Below, piece after piece: positions 19,021-28,145 of a stretch of DNA of 64,000 bases; the first letter of the stretch is position 1; every line of letters starts with the position of its first letter. The notes beneath the pieces are model-generated. The model did not search any database. It was not told the origin of the DNA and worked only from the letters and a program-made list of their open reading frames with translations. The position numbers and the translations under genes were made by a program. This stretch comes from Fibrobacter sp. GTDB taxonomy: Bacteria > Fibrobacterota > Fibrobacteria > Fibrobacterales > Fibrobacteraceae. The stretch spans positions 23,578-87,577 of the forward strand of contig JBGUWV010000075.1 of assembly GCA_045221475.1 (NCBI GenBank), written 5' to 3'.

Positions 19021-20101
19021 CGATTACCCCCTTGACGTACCAATCAAATTGATTTAGCATGGCGTCGTCGGTCATGCTTTCTCCCTCGCCTACGCGAATA
19101 TTGCCCTGATTGTCTTCAATTGGGCCATAAAACACGTCGAATTTTCCTTGGGTCAGTCTGTGTTTTTCGACTTCTACGACTTGGCGAATCGTGTCTTCTA
19201 CATTCTTTGTCAAATCGGATAATTCCATGATGCCGCTTTCGAGGCCGAGCCAGTAGGCTTTGCCTTCGAATTTGTCCTGCATGATTTCTCGAATCTTCGG
19301 GATGTAGAAATTCTCCCATCGCCAAACGGGGGCGGTCAAGAAATGTTCCGGGAATCTTCTGGCGTTGTCCCTGTTGTAGCCGATAATCCATATGCCTTTG
19401 TCGTCTGCTATCTCATAGGGAGATAACGCGTCTACATGGGTTGCCAGGACATCGATGTTGTGCTTGTCCAAAAGATCGCGGGTGGCATCTGCGGCCATGG
19501 ATTCGTCGGTCCAGGAACCAGTCCAACTGATATATACTTTTGCGTTGGGGTTGACTTTTTGCACACCGAGGGTGAAGGCGTTGATGCCGCGATTGACTTC
19601 CGAAATGTTAAACCCTGCCACGTATCCAATTTCGTTTGTCTTTGTCTTGAATCCGGCAACGATGCCCGAAAGATAGCGCAACTGATACATACGCCCAAAA
19701 TAGGTAGATAGGTTTGTTGCCGTCTGAAGGCCTGTGGCATGCAGGAACTTGGCTTCAGGGTGGTTTCTTGCAACAGCCAGTTCGTGTTCGCCGAAGCCGA
19801 AGGAATTCGCAATGATGATTTTGGCTCCGTTTTGAATGGCCTGTTCCATAATGGTTTGTGCTGTTGAATCAATGGGCACATTTTCGTAATAGGCGACTTC
19901 AAGATTCAACAGTTTTTCGGTTTTTTGGATTGCTTCGTAATGGGTCTCGTTCCAACTGTGATCATTACGGAGTCCGGCCATGATCATGGCTACCCGGAAT
20001 TTTGTTTCGTTATCTTGGCTTTCGGTTTCAGGGCCGAACATGAGTAACATTCCGATAATCATGGCGAGCGCAATGGTAGATGCAAGGATAGTCCATTTCA
20101 T
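19004..20101 (-). CDS. BMP-family substrate-binding protein
   Basis: DHSWNETH, IIANSFGF, YFGRMYQLRYLSG, RGINAFTLG, WTGSW. Confidence 0.9.
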   Translation of the reverse strand: MKWTILASTIALAMIIGMLLMFGPETESQDNETKFRVAMIMAGLRNDHSWNETHYEAIQKTEKLLNLEVAYYENVPIDSTAQTIMEQAIQNGAKIIIANSFGFGEHELAVARNHPEAKFLHATGLQTATNLSTYFGRMYQLRYLSGIVAGFKTKTNEIGYVAGFNISEVNRGINAFTLGVQKVNPNAKVYISWTGSWTDESMAADATRDLLDKHNIDVLATHVDALSPYEIADDKGIWIIGYNRDNARRFPEHFLTAPVWRWENFYIPKIREIMQDKFEGKAYWLGLESGIMELSDLTKNVEDTIRQVVEVEKHRLTQGKFDVFYGPIEDNQGNIRVGEGESMTDDAMLNQFDWYVKGVIDGIKP

Positions 20102-22731
20102 CGTTCTTCAAGCTCCCTCTGGATGTTTTCAATCAGCTCTGCATGTAAAGCCATCGCCAGGTCGTGATTTTCGTGAATGACCTTCAATCGAGAATCTAGG
20201 CTTGCGTTTTCCAGGTTGCGGAATTTTTCTGCCATGGATGTGGCGCCGATTGCTATCGAAGAATCGTATAGAACATGCATGTAAAAGCGATAGTTGTCCC
20301 AATCGGAGTTTCTATAGCATGCGTCTACGTTTCTGCACAGCGGCGATGCGACGTATTCCTGCAACATTTCGACATAGATTTCTTCGTCGTCGGCACAGTA
20401 ATTCAGACCGGCTCTTATGTCTAGGAATTCTTCGAATTTCTTGAATCGGTCGTACGGAGTGGCGGCGGTTACCGGGCGCAGTTCGATTTCATCGTCATCG
20501 AATGAAGTTTCAATCTGGTTGTTGGGCACGTTGGTTGCATTTGCCGAAGGCATTACCGGTTCGCTCAGGTCTTCAGGGGTGAGCACCAGTTGTTTTGGCA
20601 GATACCATTTCAATGTGCGTCGCAGGTCTCGTTCCTTTAGGGGCTTTAACAGATAGTCGACGAAACCTTCGGCCAAGAAGGAATCCTTTGTCAGGGATTC
20701 GCCTTCTGATACCAAAACGATAACGGGCGTGTCCTTGTTGGGGGATTTGTCCATCATCTTCATTTTTCTAAAGACATCCACGCCGTCCATGACGGGCATC
20801 ATGTGGTCCAAGAATATCAAATCGTAGTGTCTCAGTTCTACCAGCTGCAAGCATTGGTGACCGCTAAGGGCTTCGTCGATTTTCACCTGGGAATTCTTTA
20901 GGAATCCGCGGAACATCTTGAGGTTCAATTCCACATCGTCGACAATCAGGATTCTTGCTTCGGGTGCCAGGAAGACATCCGTTTTTTCTTTGTTCTTGCG
21001 GGAAGCGTTCCTGTAGCGCATTGCGAAGTCGCCCATGGGTTCCGAATTCAACACTAGTTGCGGAATTTCGACCAGGAACGAAGAACCTTCACCGTAGCGG
21101 CTGTTGATGGTCATGTGGCCACCGCATTTTGCCAGGAGTTCCTGCGTTAGGCTTAGGCCAAGGCCCATTCCCTCGACGTCGCTACTTTCTGTTGAAGCGT
21201 CTTGGATATATTTTTTGAAAATGGAATTTCGCTCTTCTTTTCGGATGCCGATTCCCGTATCCTTGACGGCGATTTTTAGCATAATGTAATCGTCGGTCTG
21301 GAGCGATCCAATGGGCGGTACGTTGTCGAATCCGACGAACAGCGATACGCCGCCGACTTCGGTAAACTTGATGGCGTTGGAAAGCAGGTTGTTTATAATC
21401 TGGATGATACGGTTTTCGTCGCCCCACAAGCAAGAAGGAATGTCGGGGTCGCAGTCAATGTGGAATGTCAGTCCCTTTGCTTTTGTCTTCGGCTCATTCT
21501 CGTTGTAACATTCCTGTAAAATGGTGAATACTTCGTATTCCATGGATTCGATGCTTAAACGCCCGGATTCTATTTTGGTAACGTCTAGGACATCGTTTAC
21601 CAAAGAGAGGACACTCTGGCCTGCACTTTGGATGTTGTTGGAATATTCCTTCATGTTGTCATCGTGCAGGTCTTTTTGCACAATGGAATTCATGCCGAGA
21701 ATGCCGTTGATTGCCGAACGAATTTCGCGGCTCATGCTTGTAAGGAACGCCGTTTTAGAATGATTTGTGCGAACAAGCTGAACGTGTTTTATGAATGCGG
21801 CCGTGATTAAAAAGACAAATAGCACAAGTGCGAGGAATGCGATAATCCCATCTCTCAGGACGGCCAGGTTCAGAGGTCTCCAAAGTTGCCGCTCTTCTAC
21901 CAGGCGTACCACATACCATTCATTTTGTATGAGAGTCGAAAATACGCGATAGTCCCTGCCTCTCAGATTAAAAACGAAGGGCTCGTTCCCTGCAAACGAA
22001 ACATTGCGTGCAAGTTTTTCTTCATCTGAACCCCAGAATTCTGCTGATAAATAATTGCGGCCGTTTTGGGTAATGTCAGTGTGGGAAATGACGACGCCCT
22101 TCTTGTCGATAATGACCAGCATGTTTGACAAGTCGCTCTTCTTGACATTTTCAAGCAAATCCTTCAAGTACAGGTCGATGGCAAGAACGCTTTTCTTATC
22201 CGAAAGACGCAGGCTGAGGGTCACCACCTGTTCGCCACTATGGGGATTTATATGAGTCGGAATCAAGGCCGCCTTGTCCTTTTCCATAGGGGCATTCTGG
22301 TACCACGGGCGATTGGTGGGCGAATAACCTACGGCAGGAGTCCAGCGTCCGCCACTAAGAAATTCGTCACGCAATAATCCGAACATATTACATACGGCAA
22401 TATCGTTCGAGTGCTTGTAATATGCCGCTTCGGAAACTAGCAGTGATTCGATCTGCGCCAGTTGGGCTCCATGCGCTAAACTTTTTTCTGCTATGCGAGA
22501 AGTAACTCGCAGTATCGATTCGCCTCGTGCCAAGAAACCATTAATGGCTTCGGCATCTTTTTCGTTTGAAAGGGTTTCCGCCAGCAGTACTTCTTGCTTG
22601 ACTGTTTCGACGAAATCATTGAGCATATAAACACTCACTGCGGAAAGGCCCATGCCCACCACAATAAGGATTGCTCCGTAAAAAGCCCTTAAGCGATTTT
22701 CGCTTTCTATAGTCTTGAAGAACACAATCAA
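20098..22731 (-). CDS. Hybrid sensor kinase (dCache, HisKA lacking His, HATPase, REC, HPt)
   Basis: PTNRPWY dCache motif; SREIRSAINGILG; NNLLSNAIKFT, DTGIG, GMGLGL; FLDHMMP. Confidence 0.88.
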   Translation of the reverse strand: MIVFFKTIESENRLRAFYGAILIVVGMGLSAVSVYMLNDFVETVKQEVLLAETLSNEKDAEAINGFLARGESILRVTSRIAEKSLAHGAQLAQIESLLVSEAAYYKHSNDIAVCNMFGLLRDEFLSGGRWTPAVGYSPTNRPWYQNAPMEKDKAALIPTHINPHSGEQVVTLSLRLSDKKSVLAIDLYLKDLLENVKKSDLSNMLVIIDKKGVVISHTDITQNGRNYLSAEFWGSDEEKLARNVSFAGNEPFVFNLRGRDYRVFSTLIQNEWYVVRLVEERQLWRPLNLAVLRDGIIAFLALVLFVFLITAAFIKHVQLVRTNHSKTAFLTSMSREIRSAINGILGMNSIVQKDLHDDNMKEYSNNIQSAGQSVLSLVNDVLDVTKIESGRLSIESMEYEVFTILQECYNENEPKTKAKGLTFHIDCDPDIPSCLWGDENRIIQIINNLLSNAIKFTEVGGVSLFVGFDNVPPIGSLQTDDYIMLKIAVKDTGIGIRKEERNSIFKKYIQDASTESSDVEGMGLGLSLTQELLAKCGGHMTINSRYGEGSSFLVEIPQLVLNSEPMGDFAMRYRNASRKNKEKTDVFLAPEARILIVDDVELNLKMFRGFLKNSQVKIDEALSGHQCLQLVELRHYDLIFLDHMMPVMDGVDVFRKMKMMDKSPNKDTPVIVLVSEGESLTKDSFLAEGFVDYLLKPLKERDLRRTLKWYLPKQLVLTPEDLSEPVMPSANATNVPNNQIETSFDDDEIELRPVTAATPYDRFKKFEEFLDIRAGLNYCADDEEIYVEMLQEYVASPLCRNVDACYRNSDWDNYRFYMHVLYDSSIAIGATSMAEKFRNLENASLDSRLKVIHENHDLAMALHAELIENIQRELEER

Positions 22732-22780
22732 AATATAAGATATATTTTAGGCAAAATGTCACTATGCTATATTTCGGGAC

Positions 22781-23854
22781 ATGAAGTTCGAAAAAGATGT
22801 ATTGATGGGGCTCTTAAAAAGGGCTGAAACCGAAGAAATCTTCAACAAGGCGGTTGCCGGGTTCATCCTGCCCGACGGAAGTCGTGAAATTTTGACTCTA
22901 AATACGCCCGAAGACACGGTTTTCGACATTGCAAGCCTTACCAAGGTATGTCCTACCTCCACACTTGCCTTGAGTTACATTCTTGAAGGCAAACTCTCGG
23001 TCGATACCAAGGTCGTCGACTACATTCCTGAACTTCAAACAAATTACCGCAAAGATATCCGCGTTTTCCACCTGCTTACGCACAGTCTCGACTACCGTGT
23101 ACCCATGAAGACATTGCGCACGCTGCCTGCCGAAGACATCTTGGACGCGCTTTATACGTACCAGTTCGAAAAGGCTCCCGGTGCAGACTTCAATTATGGA
23201 AACCCCGCAAGCGTGCTTCTTGGAATCATATTGCAGCGCCTTATGGGCAAGGATTTGCAGCGACAAGGCTGCGAACGTTTCTTTATTCCGCTGGGCATGA
23301 CTCGCTCCGGTTGGGATCCGCTTGACCGCGACTGGAATCCGATTCCCAAAGATGAGATTTCGCCCACTGAAATTTGTAGCTTCAGAGGCCGTGAAATCCA
23401 GGGCGAAATCCACGATGAAAGTGCCTGGGTGCTGCGAAAGCTTTTCCCCGTTGGCAGTGCCGGCATGTTCAGCTGTGTGCCGGATTTGCTTAATTTTGTA
23501 CAAATGATTTTAAATGACGGCGTAAGCGCAAACGGCCAGCGTGTAGCCCCCGCGGGCATTTTGAAAATGGTCAGCGAAAACGCCTTTGCGCTCGATTCGG
23601 CAAGCAAGTATTCTACTGCCAAGGATGCCTGTACCGCACTCGGCTGGGAGCTGAATAGCACCAAGTTCATGGGCGTAAAGATTTCGCCGCACACTTTCGG
23701 TAAAACAGGATTCACCGGTGCAAGTATCGTGGCCGACCCCGACAAGGGTGCCGCTGTCGTACTGCTCAGTAACTTCACCTACCCGCATCGCGAAGCAAAC
23801 GCTGACCGCATCCACGCCTTCCGCGCCAAACTCTCCGATGCCTTCTTCGGGTAG
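22781..23854 (+). CDS. Serine hydrolase (beta-lactamase/esterase family)
   Basis: FDIASLTK (SxxK), HLLTHS, FNYGN, GEIHDE, FGKTGFTG. Confidence 0.9.
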   Translation: MKFEKDVLMGLLKRAETEEIFNKAVAGFILPDGSREILTLNTPEDTVFDIASLTKVCPTSTLALSYILEGKLSVDTKVVDYIPELQTNYRKDIRVFHLLTHSLDYRVPMKTLRTLPAEDILDALYTYQFEKAPGADFNYGNPASVLLGIILQRLMGKDLQRQGCERFFIPLGMTRSGWDPLDRDWNPIPKDEISPTEICSFRGREIQGEIHDESAWVLRKLFPVGSAGMFSCVPDLLNFVQMILNDGVSANGQRVAPAGILKMVSENAFALDSASKYSTAKDACTALGWELNSTKFMGVKISPHTFGKTGFTGASIVADPDKGAAVVLLSNFTYPHREANADRIHAFRAKLSDAFFG

Positions 23855-23874
23855 CCTTTCTATGTTTACCCGCT

Positions 23875-23906
23875 CATTGTCACCCCGGACTTGATCCGGG
23901 GTCTCC
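23875..23906. repeat. REP-like palindrome
   Basis: ttgtcaccccgga-cttga-tccggggtctcc in an intergenic gap. Confidence 0.6.
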
Positions 23907-23927
23907 TTTTCTATATTTACATTCGTA

Positions 23928-24701
23928 ATGGAACTTGATGCCGCACATATCGCCATTTACGTCGCCTACTTCGTGTTAGGCGCCGTTGTAAGTCTCATCA
24001 ACAGCATCGCAGGCGGTGGCTCTACCTTGAGCCTTCCTATCATGATTTTCCTCGGGATGCCCGCAACCGTTGCAAACGGCACGAACCGTATCGGGCTCAT
24101 TATCGGGAATTTCAGCAGTGCATTCAATTTGGCCCGCCATGGCTACCTGAATAAGCGCATTTTCTTGCAATTGCTCACGCCTACGATTTTTGGCGCCCTT
24201 CTTGGCGCATGCTTCTTGGTGCGCATCGGCGACAAGCTGTTCCAGGCGATTCTTGCCGTTGTTATCTGCCTTGTAGTCGTGATGAGCAACCTGAACAAGA
24301 ATGTCCTGGGAAAACCGCCTGCAAATCCGCCTGAAAAGTTGACTCTCAAGGGCGCTCTCGGTTTTTTCGCCATCGCCGTTTACGGTTGCATCGTGCAAGT
24401 GGGCGTGGGTTTCGTACAAATTTTCGGACTCACACGCTATACGGGGCTTTCTCCCATCCAAATTAACGCCCTCAAGAATTCACTCACCAACGTTTTTCTG
24501 GTCGTCAGCACCATTGCGCTCGGCGTGACAGGCAAAATTAACTGGCCCATCGCCGTCATTATGGCAGGTGGCGCTTGGGTGGGCGGCTATTTTGGCAGTT
24601 TCTTACAGCGTAAAAAAGGCAACAAATTCATCCAGCGCTTTATCAGCATCTGCAGCATTGGCATGGCTATTGCGCTGGTGGTGGACTTGATTCTTAAATA
24701 G
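23928..24701 (+). CDS. Sulfite exporter TauE/SafE family membrane protein
   Basis: INSIAGGGSTLSLP, ANGTNR, NALKN; hydrophobic throughout. Confidence 0.9.
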   Translation: MELDAAHIAIYVAYFVLGAVVSLINSIAGGGSTLSLPIMIFLGMPATVANGTNRIGLIIGNFSSAFNLARHGYLNKRIFLQLLTPTIFGALLGACFLVRIGDKLFQAILAVVICLVVVMSNLNKNVLGKPPANPPEKLTLKGALGFFAIAVYGCIVQVGVGFVQIFGLTRYTGLSPIQINALKNSLTNVFLVVSTIALGVTGKINWPIAVIMAGGAWVGGYFGSFLQRKKGNKFIQRFISICSIGMAIALVVDLILK

Positions 24702-25032
24702 ATTCTTTCCGTTTTTCGCGGCGCTTGCGGGCGCGACATTCTTCAAGCGTTTCGCCGAGGCCTGCGAGCAGTTGTGCAGCCAAGGTCTCGTCGCCAGCAG
24801 CGAGCAGTTCTTTTTGCGGGCGTGGCAGTTTCTTGATGCGCGCTTCCAGGCGGAGCGCTTCTTCGTGGCTATTTAATTCAAATTGGCGCAGAATACATTC
24901 CGGCGGGAACGCCTTAGTAAACTTGGCGCCCTTGCCGGATTTATGTTGTTCAAAACGAGCTTCTACATCGACGGCATACCCCGTATAAATGCGGTCACCC
25001 GCACAACGGAGCATGTACACAAAGTGAGGCAT
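24694..25032 (-). CDS. GIY-YIG nuclease (UPF0213-like)
   Basis: FVYMLRC...IYTGY...RFEQHKSGKGAKFT...ALRLEARIKKL. Confidence 0.92.
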   Translation of the reverse strand: MPHFVYMLRCAGDRIYTGYAVDVEARFEQHKSGKGAKFTKAFPPECILRQFELNSHEEALRLEARIKKLPRPQKELLAAGDETLAAQLLAGLGETLEECRARKRREKRKESI

Positions 25033-26378
25033 TACGATTCTTCGTGATGCGCCTTCGACACCAGGTTCATGTAAATGGTGCCAAGGATTGCGGCACAGAA
25101 GCTACCCAGCAGAATACCGAGCTTGGCGGAATCCTGACGGTCGCCCACCTCGAAGGCGAGGTTGGCCACAAACAGGGCCATGGTAAAGCCGATACCGGCA
25201 AGCATACCACCGCCCCACAAGACCTTCCAGCTGTAGCTCGGCTTCACCGATACGCCCACCTTTACGGCGAGCAGGCTGAACAGGAAAATACCGATCGGCT
25301 TACCCAGAATCAAGGCCAGCGCCACTGCACCCATCACAGGCACTTCCACGCCACCAAGCTTGATTTCGACACCCGCGTTGCTGAGCGCGAACAGCGGCAT
25401 GATAAAGAAGTTCACCCACGGAACCAGCGGTTTGAAGAAACGTTCCTGCATCGAGATACTTTCGCGAGCACCGCGCTTCAAAAGCGTAAACACTTCATAC
25501 TGTTCGTTGCGGTCCTTCGCTTCGCCCGAAAGAGCACCACCCACGCTGCCAGCGAAATGAGCAAGCTTGCCCTTCGCAAGCACAGGCTTTGCCGGCACCG
25601 AGAGTCCGAGCAACACGCCTGCAATGGTCGGGTGCACGCCGCTCTTCACAAAGAACGCCCACACGGCAATACCAATCACACCATGCAACAGCAAGTTACG
25701 CACGCCAATGCGGAACATCACGTTGATCAAGGCGAGCAGGGCAAATCCCGTACCGAGCGCAATAAAGTTCACGCCGTCGCCACTGGGATAACCGATTGCA
25801 ATCACCAAGATTGCACCGATATCGTCTGCAATAGCCAAAGTCAAAATCATCACGCGGAGTGCATGCGGCACCTTCTTTCCGAGAATGGCCATGCAGCCCA
25901 CCACAAAAGCAATATCCGTTGCAGTCGGAACACCCCAACCATGCGCCGCGCTATTCGCACCATGCGGGCAAAGCAACAAATAAATCAAGGCCGGGAAAAG
26001 CATACCGCCAGCCGCCGCAATAATCGGCAAGCTCGCCGCCTTTGGGTTCCTGAGTTCGCCATAGGTCATTTCGCCCTTGACTTCAAGCCCGATATTGAAG
26101 AAGAAAATCGTCATCATGGCGTCGTTAATGAGCCAATGCAAATCGGCCGAACCGACCCAACTGCCAATCGTCAAGGCAAACGGCATGTGCCAAACATGAT
26201 GGTAAGATTCAGGGCTGACATTCGCCCAAATCAGGGCCGCAATCGTCATGATAATCAAAACGATGCCACCGGTCGTCTCCACCTTCATCAGTCGTTCCAT
26301 CGGCGTGATGATTTTGCGGATGGGGGTTTCCGGGAACAAATCTTCAATCTTGTCGCTGCTCGTTACTTTTGCCGACAT
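25032..26378 (-). CDS. nhaA: Na+/H+ antiporter NhaA
   Basis: INDAMM, GLEVK, PTATDIAF, LAIADDIGA, GIGFTMALF. Confidence 0.95.
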   Translation of the reverse strand: MSAKVTSSDKIEDLFPETPIRKIITPMERLMKVETTGGIVLIIMTIAALIWANVSPESYHHVWHMPFALTIGSWVGSADLHWLINDAMMTIFFFNIGLEVKGEMTYGELRNPKAASLPIIAAAGGMLFPALIYLLLCPHGANSAAHGWGVPTATDIAFVVGCMAILGKKVPHALRVMILTLAIADDIGAILVIAIGYPSGDGVNFIALGTGFALLALINVMFRIGVRNLLLHGVIGIAVWAFFVKSGVHPTIAGVLLGLSVPAKPVLAKGKLAHFAGSVGGALSGEAKDRNEQYEVFTLLKRGARESISMQERFFKPLVPWVNFFIMPLFALSNAGVEIKLGGVEVPVMGAVALALILGKPIGIFLFSLLAVKVGVSVKPSYSWKVLWGGGMLAGIGFTMALFVANLAFEVGDRQDSAKLGILLGSFCAAILGTIYMNLVSKAHHEES

Positions 26379-26564
26379 AGCTACCTGTAAATAGGGTTGT
26401 GTGATTCAGCCTTTCGCCTTACAAAATAATCAATTTTTTTCGGCGTGACCGCTCCAAGTTGCTTATTTTTCCATTTTTTGTACATGTGATCTACCCCTAA
26501 ATAGCCCATATAGCCTTTTATTTGGATTTTTTGTATATTCTTAGCGGAAAAAAGAGATTTTGAA

Positions 26565-27455
26565 ATGCTAGATAAAGAAGTTTTAAAGACCGTCAGCCGC
26601 ATTGAACTCAGCGTTCGCGGCACGCTCGACACCGTGATGACCGGCGCTTACCACAGTTCCTTCAAAGGCAACGGTATGGAATTTAGCGAAGTCCGCGAGT
26701 ACATGCCGGGTGACGATGTGCGTACTATCGACTGGAACGTGACCGCACGAACGGGCACGCCGTATGTGAAGAAGTTTATCGAAGAACGCGAAATGACCAT
26801 GCTTTTGATGGTCGATGCCTCCAGCAGCTCGGAATTCGGTTCCGGCAAGCAGATGAAGGGCGAAGTCATGGCGACTTTGACCGCACTCCTCGCGTTCGCC
26901 GCAATCAAGAACAACGACAAGGTCGGCCTGCTGATTTACACTGACCAGGTCGAGCTTTTCATTCCGCCGGAGAAAGGCCGCAAGCACGTGCTGCGCCTTA
27001 TCCGCGAAATCCTTTACTTCAAGCCGCAGCACCACGGCACGAACACTCAAGTGGCCCTTGAATACGCCGGCAAGATTTTGAATCGTCGTGCCGTTGTCGT
27101 GGTGATGAGCGACTTCCTCGACGAAGGTTTTGAAAACGCTTTCAAGATTCTCCGTAAGCGCCACGACGTGCTTGCGGTCTCTGTCGTAGACCCGCGTGAA
27201 ATGGAACTCCCGCCCGCAGGCCTTGTGGAACTTGAAGACCCCGAAACCGGTGAAACACTCTTGATTGATACTGGCGACGCCACCTTCCGCGAAGCGTTCG
27301 CCCGCGAAGCCAAGCGCCAGGGCAAGGCAACCAAGGAACTGTTCCAGCGCATGTCCATCGACTTCGTGCGCATCGAAACTCACGACGACTTCAAGGAAAC
27401 GGTGGCCCCGCTTATCGAGCACTTCCGCCGCCGCGCCCGTGCCGCAAGAATGTAG
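26565..27455 (+). CDS. DUF58 family (MoxR-associated vWA) protein
   Basis: GMEFSEVREYMPGDDVRTIDWNVTAR, VDASSS, MSDFL. Confidence 0.92.
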   Translation: MLDKEVLKTVSRIELSVRGTLDTVMTGAYHSSFKGNGMEFSEVREYMPGDDVRTIDWNVTARTGTPYVKKFIEEREMTMLLMVDASSSSEFGSGKQMKGEVMATLTALLAFAAIKNNDKVGLLIYTDQVELFIPPEKGRKHVLRLIREILYFKPQHHGTNTQVALEYAGKILNRRAVVVVMSDFLDEGFENAFKILRKRHDVLAVSVVDPREMELPPAGLVELEDPETGETLLIDTGDATFREAFAREAKRQGKATKELFQRMSIDFVRIETHDDFKETVAPLIEHFRRRARAARM

Positions 27456-27471
27456 CACGATAAAAATTTCA

Positions 27472-27497
27472 AAAAAGGTGGTTTTAAACCACCTTTT
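27472..27497. terminator. Bidirectional hairpin overlapping the Vat-like stop codon
   Basis: aaaaggtggttt-t-aaaccacctttt. Confidence 0.6.
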
Positions 27498-28131
27498 CTG
27501 TTAATTCCCGAATTTTGTTTTTTACGAATTCCAAATCGCTGTTCGTGAGAATTGGAATCAATTCGTTAATTTCTTCAATAGGCTTATCCCACCATTTGAA
27601 TTTCAAAAGGAGTTCCGTCAGTTCTTCGTCAAAGCGGTAGCGGATTGTTTCTGCAGGATTCCCGACCACGACCGTGTAAGGTTCTACATTGCTGCCGACA
27701 ACGCTATTTGCGCCGATGATAGCTCCATCGCCAATATGTACGCCCGGCAAGATCGTCGCATTTTGACCAATCCACACATCGTTTCCGATAATGGTATCGC
27801 CCTTGTACGGCAAATCGCTTTGGGCAGGCGGTTTCATGTTCCAGCCTTCGAGCGTATAGAACGGGAATGTGGAAACCGCATTCATCTGGTGGTTCGCGCC
27901 ATTCATCACGAACTCCACGCCCGCAGCAATCTGGCAGAACTTTCCGATAATAAGCTTGTCGCCGACAAAATCATAGTGATGCGTCACATGACTTTCGAAT
28001 TCCGAATCTGCGATGTAGGTAAAATCCCCGACTATAATGTTCGGGTTCTTGATCGTGGGCTTGACATAGATTTCCTTGTCGTAGCCCGCAATCGGATGAA
28101 TCGTATTTGGATTAGGGATTTTTTCGCTCAT
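27484..28131 (-). CDS. Vat/CatB-family xenobiotic O-acetyltransferase
   Basis: NPNIIVGDFTY, DKLIIGKFCQIA, NGANH, STFPF, IGNDVWIG, KWWD. Confidence 0.9.
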   Translation of the reverse strand: MSEKIPNPNTIHPIAGYDKEIYVKPTIKNPNIIVGDFTYIADSEFESHVTHHYDFVGDKLIIGKFCQIAAGVEFVMNGANHQMNAVSTFPFYTLEGWNMKPPAQSDLPYKGDTIIGNDVWIGQNATILPGVHIGDGAIIGANSVVGSNVEPYTVVVGNPAETIRYRFDEELTELLLKFKWWDKPIEEINELIPILTNSDLEFVKNKIRELTEKVV

Positions 28132-28145
28132 ACCCTAAATATATA

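Noticed and set aside
25044-26390. 448-aa plus-strand ORF antisense to nhaA; similar long shadow ORFs lie opposite ahcY, pta, rne/rng, purM, the LpoA-like gene and the fibro-slime genes
   Set aside because: They mirror well-identified genes and have no motifs. Biased codon usage is enough to explain the scarcity of stop codons on the antisense strand.
26565-27455. DUF58 gene without an adjacent MoxR ATPase or vWA genes
   Set aside because: Split MoxR operons are common and the partners are probably elsewhere on the chromosome.
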